In this document: positions 45,340 to 56,238 of the stretch, one piece after another
Numbering within the stretch: position 1 is the stretch's first letter
How the letters are laid out: the number at the start of each line of letters is the position of its first letter
DNA from: the human T2T-CHM13v2.0 reference genome, Homo sapiens
Reading direction: 5' to 3' (one strand)
Assembly (NCBI RefSeq): GCF_009914755.1
Contig: NC_060942.1
DNA length: 64,000 nucleotides
The notes under the pieces: model-generated
What the model was told of the DNA's origin: nothing
Seen by the model: only the letters and a program-made list of their open reading frames with translations
The model's database searches: none
Made by a program: the position numbers and the translations under genes

Positions 45340-46450
45340 GTAGCATACAGCAAATCACAAAAACAAAGAAGCTATGAAATACTTGAGTCATGTCAGAGGA
45401 ACACAGGAGCCAAATGAAGAGGCTTCCATTGATCAGAGAAACAAAATTTCAACATAACAAAGAATGACTGCAAGGGATTTAAACATTAAAAATCCAAAAA
45501 TGTATTAAATTCAGATAATAAAAACAAAAATATTAAAATGGTAACCTACACAGGTTGCTAGAGACCAACTCATTCTGAAAATTGATAAAGGGACAGAATC
45601 AAGCATTTATCATGACTTTCCTATGGGGACTCTCTAGTTTCAGGATAACCAAATATTTAATGAAAGGAAGTTTATCTTTTTAAAATAATTACAGCTAATA
45701 AATGCAAGAGGGATTATAGAATTAGAAATTCACCATTCTGTGATCCCAAAGTGAAATACAGGATCTGGTCCACAAGCATCAATGACCATTAAAACCATTA
45801 AGTGATAGGTAGACAGGGAACTTTATAATGGATTGATCAGGCTGGTATCAAGTATACCCATTGATCAATCTTAACATTACTAAAAATGGAACAACCAAAC
45901 ATGTTCTTCCTGATCTGATATTATGGGAAATACAAAGCACCGCCAACAAAATACTCTTACCAAAAATCTAAACCTCACTAATTAAGCCTCTCTAATTACC
46001 AGTTTACATGAAATAAGAGAAACAAAGGAACACGTTAAAGGACCATGAGAATACAATTAGCCAAATGCAGAATGTTAAAAATTCTACACAATATATGACC
46101 CAGTTCCTTTAACAAATAAATGAAGATTTAAAAAGATAAAATGATACAGATTAAAAGAGACTAAGACACATATCAACCAATGCACTACGTGTACCTTGTT
46201 TGGATTCTGAGGCAAACAACTGTTTAAAAATTTAGAGTTTTTAATCGCTGCTCGGCCTTTTGGCTAAGATCACGTGTAAAACATTTAGGTTTGTTTTAGA
46301 TAACGGATAAAAATTGAAAATAAATTGAATATTGTAAGACAGAAAGAAATTATGGTTAACTTAGTTGGGTATGAGAATAGTCCTGTCTGACAGAGATGCA
46401 TATGGAAATACAGTATTTACTGGTCAAACTGTAAGATGTCTGGGACTTGC
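45340..46450 (+). mobile_element. L1MC-type 3' UTR fragment (hosts the U2 retrocopy)
   Basis: Motifs such as gatcaatcttaacattactaaaa and gattaaaagagactaagaca. Confidence 0.6.
46244..46278 (+). pseudogene. 3'-truncated U2 snRNA retrocopy (U2 nt 1-35)
   Basis: atcgctgctcggccttttggctaagatcacgtgta matches the U2 5' end ATCGCTTCTCGGCCTTTTGGCTAAGATCAAGTGTA at 33/35 positions; degenerate direct repeats on both flanks. Confidence 0.9.
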
Positions 46451-46737
46451 TGTGAAACATTTCAGATTAACAAATTACTTGTGCAATTAAAAATTAAAAT
46501 AGGTAGGTAGGTAAACAGGTAAACGAATATAACCTTCTCAGGGACAGAATCAATTTTAGGTGAATTCAAATTAAATATAAAAGCAAAACAAAGCTTTTAG
46601 ATAACATAGAATACTTTCATGTTCTCAGAGTAAAGCAGGATTTACTAAACAAAACTTAAAAATCATTCAACAAAAATGTGCCATACCATATGTAACTATA
46701 AAGATTGTCTACTTCACATGATTTTAAAGATACTTAC

Positions 46738-46822
46738 TGCTGGTAAAAGAGACTGCATATTTTGATTAGAATCTGCTATTGTAGCAAGGTATACCAAGTT
46801 TGTGTGCAACATCTGCTGATAC
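46738..46822 (-). CDS. SS18: SS18 exon 3 (85 nt; YQQMLHTNLVYLATIADSNQNMQSLLPA), SNH domain
   Basis: Read manually: acceptor tttgttttaatag|G, donor GCA|gtaagt; the frame continues from exon 2. Confidence 0.97.
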
Positions 46823-47266
46823 CTATTAAAACAAAACAAGTATCAGTATTAAAAAATAATTTTCTTCCTACCTGCCTAAGTACAAACAGCACTATAATCA
46901 TTTCTAAAGTTTCATTAAAAATTTGTTACCCGAACATCAATAGCACTTCAATTTTTCCTACACTGCAAAAGTTCCAAATAATAAATATTTAAATATAATG
47001 AGCTCAGAGATCTTGCCATGTATGCTAAATAGTGTTATAATTTTTTATATGCATATATGTTTCAATCCACAAACCAATACTACGAGGCAGGAGCTCTTTT
47101 CTCCATTTTACAGATGAGAAACTAATGTTTAGAGAGGTTGATAACTTGTACATGATTGCATAGCTAGTAGATGGAATAACTGACATATGTAATAGGCCCA
47201 TACTAGTACACTGAGTTTTTTTAAAAAGAACTAAATAAAGGAATCCAGTGAAATGTGCTTATCTCA

Positions 47267-47602
<336 letters not shown>

Positions 47603-48224
47603 CTAAAAACCTCAAACCCAAGTACAGTCAATATGTTCTGCTAAAATTTAGGAAAGGAGGTGGGAACCACACCTTTTTTTCCTTTTCACTACTGTAGCAA
47701 TGACCAACAACTTAGGCCCACTGTGTTTATACTACCCATCTATCAGGACACAGCATATAGAGAAGGCAATGAATAGGCAATCTCCAACTACAGAAAAAAA
47801 GAGATATGCTAAAACAAAAGATGGAAGAAATGTTATAACACCAACAACACTCAAGATTAACTTTAAGAAAATAAAGCAAATTCATTATCAGCATTACGTG
47901 GTTAAACATGCTTATTGTAATCTTACCTATGAATTAGTTTAGCTAAGCTTCTCTTCACAATTTTAACAAATTAACTGACAAAGCCATATTAAAATTAGCA
48001 GTGATCCAATCACTAGTGTTTTGTCTCAGTGCAGCCATACAAGCCCCATGAGTACAAACTTAAAACCTGCATCAAATTGTTAGGCTTTCTTAAAATTTCA
48101 TTTACTAAAAATGCTAAATACAAATTAAAATAATAAAAATAAGTTTTTTCAGCTAAAGTTCTCTAATTCAGATTCCAAATTAATTCATTTTCTAAAATAG
48201 ACACCATAAAAGGAATCCGAGTTT

Positions 48225-48541
48225 TTCTTTTGTTCGTTTTTGGTTTTGTTTGTTTTTTTGAGACAAGGTCTCACTCTGTCACCCAGGCTGGAGCGTGCAG
48301 TGGCGTAATCATGGCTCACTGCAGCCTTGATCTCCTGGGCTCAAGCAATCCTCCCACCTCAGCCTCCCAAGTAGCTGGGCCCACAGGCACATACCACCAC
48401 ACGGTGCTAAATTTTGCATTTTTAATAGACAGGGTTTCACCATGTTGCCCAGGCTGCTCTCAAACTCCTGAGCTCAAGCAATCAGCCAGCCTCAGACTCT
48501 CAAAGTGCTGGGATTACAGGCGTGAGCCACTGTACCCAGCC
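48225..48541 (-). mobile_element. Alu (AluJ-type)
   Basis: Reverse-complement Alu. Confidence 0.93.
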
Positions 48542-49706
48542 GAATCCTAGCATATTCTTTGCTACTTATTTTTCTCCTGTTACAAACAACAGGTTTCACA
48601 GCTTTTTTTTTTTTAATAAGAAAGGAAAAAACACTATTTCTTGCTGACCTTAAAATAACGCTTTCACAAACAAGGCCATGCTTTTAATGCTTTGCGTCAC
48701 ATGGACACTATGTTGCCCAATGAGACATGATACATCTTTGATAGTGAACTTTACACTAAATGGACAAAGTAATAATTATATTGTACTAAATTATACATAA
48801 TGGTTAATTGTGTTGTTGAAATTCTTCAAGCAGCACTAACAGGGACCACTAGCTGGAACTATTTCATTATTCTGTAGAGATCTAGGAAGGAACTTAAAAT
48901 ATAGTGTTCCATATCTTGCCATTTTTTAAAAAACCAACCAGCCATTTTTAATTAGAACACATAACCTGTTTCAGTCTAGGCCTTCAAGTTTTCCTTTGCT
49001 TGAGTATTAGTATGGTTGCACGACATGAGATTTTCTGAGGACCACTGACCAAACCATACTAACAGATGTGGTTTATTCATGACCCTTTAAGAAAAAATTT
49101 TAGTATCATGTTGATTAGTACTTGACAAAGCCAGTGTGAAACTACTATTACATCTAATCTGCCACACTCTTAAGGTCTCATATGTAAAATAATGGAGTTA
49201 AAGCAGGACACTGAAGTTGCCTGCAGTTTTAAAATCTATAAACCCAGGATCTTTTATGAAGTAGTTTCATTTTAAGACATTTGCCCAACCTTCTCTCAAC
49301 TGTCAAATCTTTTCAATTTTTAATTGTGAAATAATTTTAAACTTACAGAAAAGTTTCAATAGCAAAGTCTTGTATATTTTTTCTCCCAGATTCTCTAATG
49401 ATTAGTATTTTACCACATTTTTCCTATCATCTCTAAATACACACACCAACACACACAGACATACATATGCACTCACTTTTTTCCAAAACCATTTGTGAGT
49501 CAGTAATACATTACTCCTAATACTTCAGTACTGGCTTTCCAAAACAAGGCTATTCCCTCATATAACAGGACAACCATCATGGGGAAATTAACATTGATAT
49601 ATCATTACTATTTAATCCACAGAACTCATTCAAATTTCTCCAATTGCCCTAATACCTCCAAATCATTTTCCCTCGTATAAGGAGGTAGGTAAAAATGAAA
49701 AATTTT

Positions 49707-49746
49707 CAGTCCGCAGTCCGGCCTGGGCGACAGAGCGAGACTCCGT

Positions 49747-49775
<29 letters not shown>
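49707..49775 (+). mobile_element. Severely 5'-truncated AluYb8/Yb9-type insertion
   Basis: cagtccgcagtccggcctgggcgacagagcgagactccgtctc(A)n carries the Yb 7-bp duplication; TSD aaaaatttt. Confidence 0.85.
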
Positions 49776-49781
<6 letters not shown>

Positions 49782-49858
49782 TTGGCCTTTTCTAACTTCA
49801 GTATGTTTATTTTCTGTAAAATTGCATTATTTTATAGCATTCATCAAATAAGTATATT

Positions 49859-50151
49859 CTTTTTTCTTTTGAGACAGAATCTCACTGTCAGCTAGGCTGG
49901 AGTGCAGTGGTGCGATCTTGGCTCACTTGTAATCTCCGCCTCCCAGGTTCAAGTGATTCTCCTGCCTCAGCCTCCCAAGCAGTTGGGATTACAGGTATCC
50001 ACCACCACGTCCAGCCAATTTTTGTACTTTTAGTAGAGATGGGGTTTCACCATGTTGGCCAGGCTGGTCTTGAACTCCTGATCTCAGGTGATCTGCCCGC
50101 CTCGGCCTCTCAAAGTGCTGGGATTACAGGCGTGAGTCACCACACTCAGCC
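49859..50151 (-). mobile_element. Alu (AluS-type)
   Basis: Reverse-complement Alu. Confidence 0.95.
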
Positions 50152-50399
50152 CAATTAAACATATTCTAAGATGACTCAAGGTTCAAAGATGAACATTAAC
50201 AAAAAAGTAGTAAATACTCATATTATTTTATAACTTTGTATATAGGTCACCTAAAAAGCAATCAGCAAATACTCTAGGAGAATCTGGACTCAGGTGACAA
50301 TATTGAAATGATAATAAAAATGATATTAAATATATTTTCCTCAGAAACTTTGAATATTTTTATTCTATATATAGTTACGTTTCTCACTGAAACAGTTTA

Positions 50400-50740
<341 letters not shown>

Positions 50741-52051
50741 GAGTATATGTTGATATGAGGAAAAAAAGGAGTATATAAGCTAAGGGCTGTTATAAAATAT
50801 ATTTAGTATTTTATTTTTGATGATGGTACTGTCCTGGTAAATATGACAAATATTCTCAAATACTCATGATTATTAACCTATTAAAAGAGCCAGTTCACCT
50901 CCCACAGAGGCCACTAAGAGTAACTCATCAATTACTTTGAATAAAGTAAAATGGACACTCTATTTGTTGACATAATTACAAAATTAAGCTGGAAGTAATT
51001 TCATTTTATAAAATAAACCTTACCTAGAAGCTATGAATATTTATTAGACAACGGGAATGCACTTTATAGAATAAAAGTTATCTTCCAAACTACAGATTTA
51101 AACAACTCTTTTAAATTACGATGAATGATCGACACTAATTTTTTTTGTTGTTTGAAATTTATGCAACTCTGGAATAGTTTGGACTCACCCTAAAATGCAA
51201 AAAATAAGAAATGATTTAAGCAAACATAGGTTGATTTAGAAAATGCTCAAATTAAACATCACAGTGAATCAGTAACACATTCTCACGTGTGTTACCAGAA
51301 TTTAAAGGAAGATGGTCCAGGCACATGCGCTCCACAAGTGATTCAGACCACTGACTCATGAGTGTAATATTTGAATTTGTGTGTGTCTGCAGAGAGCGTT
51401 GATAAAGCAACATACACAAAGGTACTACCACTGAAAAGTCTTTGGGTAGTAAGAATATGGTATTCATTCTCTTATTTTTACACATTTTTGTTTTCTAATT
51501 TGCACATACTGCTTTCATAAAATACATAGTTATTTTTAATTTAAAAAAAAACACAGTTTCAGGCAAAGTTATCACATCTTAAGGAGTTGTTAATTTAAAA
51601 TTGGAGTATCAATTCCCAGATGGCTGTCATGTATTAACGTTTCTCTTTATTTTCCTTTTGCTTCTCCTACAATGAGAAACAAGAACACCTGTTAAGGTCG
51701 AGAGGAGGAGTTGTTTTTCTCTTTATTCACAAACCAATACTGACAACTTGAGAAAGAAAGAATATCTGAAGAACAAAAGAATAAAATTAAATCCACCAAA
51801 AACGGCAGAATTTAAGATTCTCCCTAAGTCAGTTTAAGCCCTATTTGCTTAAATTGTTCACCAAGTATATGTGAGAAAATGAGATCTAATCCAATATGTA
51901 GAGAATGAGGGAAATGATCATATATATATATCTGAAAAAGTTGAAAATTTTGCTGACTCAGTTGGTTCTAGACCTAAACATACACTATCCGTGACATATA
52001 CTACCCTTGGCTCTGTGTGGAGTTCTTAAAAACCAAAGGCAAAAATAATTT

Positions 52052-52419
52052 CAGTTATTCATCACTTAACAATGGGGATACATTCTGATAAATGTGTTGT
52101 TAGGTGATTTCATCGTTGTTGTGCAAACATCATCAAGAGTACTCACACAAACCTAGATGGTATAGCTTACTACACACCTAGGCTATACAGTATAGCTTAT
52201 TGCTCCTAGGCTACAAACCTGAAAAGCCTTTTACTATACTGAATACTGTTGGCTGTACTGAACTGAATGGTAAGTATTTGTTTATCTACAATTATCCAAA
52301 TAGAAAAGGTGCAGTAGGAAGATGGTATTATAATCTTATGGGTATTATAGTACAAATATGGTATTATAATCTTTCGGTCTATTGTTGACCAAAAGAGCAT
52401 TAGGTAGCGCATGATTGTA
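52052..52419. mobile_element. Tigger3a/MER7-type MITE
   Basis: cacttaacaatggggatacattctgataaatg...acacaaacctagatggtatagc...gcgcatgattgta. Confidence 0.75.
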
Positions 52420-52599
52420 TTCTAATAAGTGCCTCTAAGCTTTAACATTCCATGGCTGACTTGAGGAATTGATCTCCTTACTATCCACAGTTAAACCAAA
52501 GAAGTAGATCAGCTAGTTAATTTTTTAAAGAACATTCTCAAATATATGCACAAGATTCATCTAAGCAATAATATATGTAATGGAAACAATCATATAAAA

Positions 52600-53840
52600 T
52601 GCAAAACATACAAGAGATTGAACAGTAAGATAACCTAGCACTCAGATCTTAGTTTCTAAACATCATTCTCCAAAAAAAGAACCAGGGCTTGGAGAAACGG
52701 GTGACTACCCACCTGCACAGGAAAAAAAAACCAGGATGAGCCTAGAACATTTTGTGGTATAAGAAAATAAGTAAATGTTCAAAAAATAATGAAGACATAT
52801 CAAGAAGCCAGCTTGAGGGGCTCCCACTGGCCAGATCTGGAAGAATTAAAGAAAATAAATAATAAAGTAAGAGATTATAACCTAGAGAATACAGTAATAA
52901 TGTTTAAGTCCATTTAGAGATAAATAAGTGAAGAATGAAGGAATAGGAAAAGAACAAATTTCTTCCTCACAGTAGGACTTAAGTAAAAGTAAAAGGAATG
53001 ATAGATTTAGTCATCATTTGGTAACCACTTAAAGTGATAACTATTTTAGGCAAATCATTGGATTTTTAGTGGATGCTAAAATTAGTGTGTTGAAGTATGA
53101 TGAGAAACAATGTAAATGTGCCTCAAGGTATTAGATACATATGAATTACAAGAAATAGCAACTTTATGGTGAACAAACCATAAAGTTATGATACCACCTT
53201 AGTTAAGATACCACCTTAACTAAGTCATCAAAGTTATCACCAATATTGGGACAAACTACTAACATATGGCTACTGAGGATGCACTGTGAAGGACACAATA
53301 TCACGTCAGTGGTACTTCTGCTAAAAGTGTATAGTGTGAATTTAATCATGGGAAACACCAGTCATATCCTAAATGAGGGACATTCCACAAAACTACTGGT
53401 CTATACTATTCAATAATGTCAAAATCATGGAATATTTTTAAAAGACCCCCAGATTAAAGTATACTTAGGAGACAAGACAAATACAACACCAGATCCTGTA
53501 CTGGACCCTGGACCAGAAAATATGCACTAATAGGACAACTGGCAAAATTCAAAAAAGCCCTAAATATTAGATAATAGTATTGCATTCTTGATTTTAACAA
53601 TTATACTCTGGTAATTTAAGAATATGTGCTTGTTTTTAGGAAATACACACTGAGGTTATTAAAAGTAAGAGGGATTCATATCTGCAATTACTCTCAAATG
53701 TTTCTAAAAAACAATATGGGGGAGAAATGAATAAAAAACCAAGTGGGCTATGTAATCGTTTGAAAAATTCAATGCAGCACATACAGGAATTCTTTGTACT
53801 ATCTTTGAAACATTTTTGTAAGTGTGAAATTATTTCAAAA
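52600..53840 (+). mobile_element. L1MC-type 3' fragment
   Basis: agaaccagggcttggagaaa...gaggggctcccactggcca...ttctttgtactatctttg. Confidence 0.65.
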
Positions 53841-53846
53841 CAAAAA

Positions 53847-53995
53847 GGCTTTTTGTTTTTTCTTGTTGGCGGCGTTAAGTAGAAACAGTTATCACTGTTG
53901 CCCAGGCTGTTCTCAAACTCATGTCGTCAAAGCAATCCTCCCACCTCAGCCTCCCAAAGTGCTGGGATTTCAGGCATGAACCATCGTGCCTGGCC
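53847..53995 (-). mobile_element. Alu monomer (FLAM-like)
   Basis: Reverse left arm; TSD caaaacaaaaag. Confidence 0.8.
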
Positions 53996-54640
53996 AAAAC
54001 AAAAAGTTCTTTAAGACACCACTTTTCAGCAACTGGATATGCAAAAATATTTTAAAGATGTCTAATATCTACTGCTCACAGGGGTAGCTGAAAGCTAGGA
54101 CTCTAAAAACCTGGCTGGGAGAAAGCAAACCAATACAATCTTTTTGCTGGCTAATTTGGCAACTTAGTATGGTCTTTAACCCAGTAATTCCATTTCTAAA
54201 ACTGAACCTACATAAATATTAAAAACAACAATATCTATAAACGTGTATGCATAAATATGAATGCATATATGTAAATACACAGAAAAATGTTTGGAAGGAT
54301 ACATACTAAAGCACTAGAAGCAGTTACCCCTATGGAGGGGAAGGAGATAAGACAGTGGCATGTAAAAGGTGACTTATCTCCACAAACTTATACTTTATAA
54401 TTTTTTTTATGATAACCATATATGACTTTTTACATTTAAAAATACTTTTAAACAAAGGGGAAAAAGTAATGGAAACTTGGAATTAAATAGAGGGTAAATC
54501 AAATGACAGCAAGAGACCAATACAATGTGAAAACCAAACAAAGCAAGGGCCAAGGTTGGTGGGAATTATCTGCCTGAGGATACACCAGTGAAGTCTCTAG
54601 GAAAGACAGATGCATCCCAAAACAAGGGTGAGAATAAAAT

Positions 54641-54960
54641 AGTCAGCCCTCAGTATCCACAGATTCCACATCCTTTAACCAACCATGCATTGAAAATATT
54701 CTGAAAAAAAAAAATGGATGGTTGTTACTGAACATGTAGGCTTTTTTCTTATTATTCCCTAAACAATATAGTATAACAAGTATTTACATTGTATTAGGTA
54801 TTATGAGCAATCTAGAGAATATTTAAAGTTTACAGGAGGACGTGAGTAGGTGATATGCAAATCCTACACCATTTTATATCAGGGACACGGGCATCTGGGA
54901 CTTTGGTATCCATGGGGAGTCCTGGAATCGATTCACCATGGCTACCAAGGGTCAACTGTA
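54641..54960. mobile_element. Tigger4/MER46-type MITE
   Basis: agtcagccctcagtatcc ... ggctaccaagggtcaactgta terminal inverted repeats. Confidence 0.7.
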
Positions 54961-54966
54961 TTCTAC

Positions 54967-55272
54967 AGCTGTGTTGACCAATATAGCAGCCACTACACAC
55001 AGTAAAATATGGCTAATCCAAAATGAGATGTGTTATTAAAGCAAGATACACAATAGGTTTCCAAGATTTAGAACAACAAAGAAAAGAATGCAATATATCT
55101 CAATATCTTTATGCTAATTGTATATTGAAATGATACTATTTTGGAAATAATAGGTTAAATAAAATGTATTACTAATACTAATGTCATCTGCTTTTTACTC
55201 ATTTACTGTGTCTACTAGAAAATTTAAAATCACACATGTGGCTCCCATTTATATTTCTAATGGACAGTGCTG
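54967..55272. mobile_element. MER33/MER3-type hAT MITE
   Basis: ccaatatagcagccac...tggacagtgctg. Confidence 0.65.
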
Positions 55273-55609
55273 TTCTATTCTAATTACTTTTGATAATATA
55301 TTCAACTTATTCTACCACATCAGATTCTATTAGGGCATATTATTTACTTCAGATACATCACTTCAAAGTAAGAAAGTTTGGCCCTTATGAATGACAATCA
55401 GTTCTCTATTTATTAGATATAAGCTTTGTTTTCACCACATACATGGATGCAACTCAATACCCTATATAAATGAAGATCTAACTTTCCCACAGATAAGACT
55501 ATACATATATTTGAAGTCATTATTGTATAATGCAGGGTAAGAAGTATAAGAAACGAAGTGATACCCAATCTCCTCCCAAAGAAAGTTTTCTTTTATAAAT
55601 TAACAAGTC

Positions 55610-56110
55610 ATACAAAAGCTTGTACACAAATGTTCATAGCAGTATTATTCAAAATTAGTCAAAAGTACAAACAACACAAATGGCCATCACCGATGGATAA
55701 ATAAAATGTGGTACAGCTGCATAACGGAAAAAAATACTTGCCTATAAAAAGGAATGAGGTACTGAAACATGGTTCAACATGGATGAACCTCGGAAGTATT
55801 ACACTAAGTGAAAAATGTGAGTCAAAACCGACCACATAGTATATCAATCCATTTATATGAAATGTCACAACAGGCAAATTCACACAGAGAGTAGATTAGT
55901 GGTTGTCACGGGTTGAGGGGTGGGGGATAGTGACTGCCAAAGGATACCCAGTGTCTTTTGGGGATGTTAAAGATGCTGTAAAACTGACTCACGTAATACC
56001 AGCACAACTCTATGAATATACTAAAAAACATTGAATTGTACACATTAAAATAGGTGAATTGTATGGTATGTGAATTATATCTCAATAAAGCTGTTAGTAA
56101 AAAGTAAAAA
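55610..56110 (+). mobile_element. L1MB-type 3' end
   Basis: caaatgttcatagcagtattattc...gaattatatctcaataaagctgtt. Confidence 0.75.
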
Positions 56111-56161
56111 ATTAACCAATACAAAAAACTGAATAAAAAAAAAGTTTCTTATCAATCTTAC

Positions 56162-56238
56162 TGAGAACACTCTGAGGTCTTTCCTTTATTCTGAGAGTCC
56201 ATTATACACTGAATAAGATGGTTATTGTCATCCAACAT
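56162..56238 (-). CDS. SS18: SS18 exon 2 (77 nt; MLDDNNHLIQCIMDSQNKGKTSECS-Q), SNH domain
   Basis: Read manually because it is absent from the ORF track: acceptor ttctgtttcag|ATG, donor TCA|gtaaga. Confidence 0.97.
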
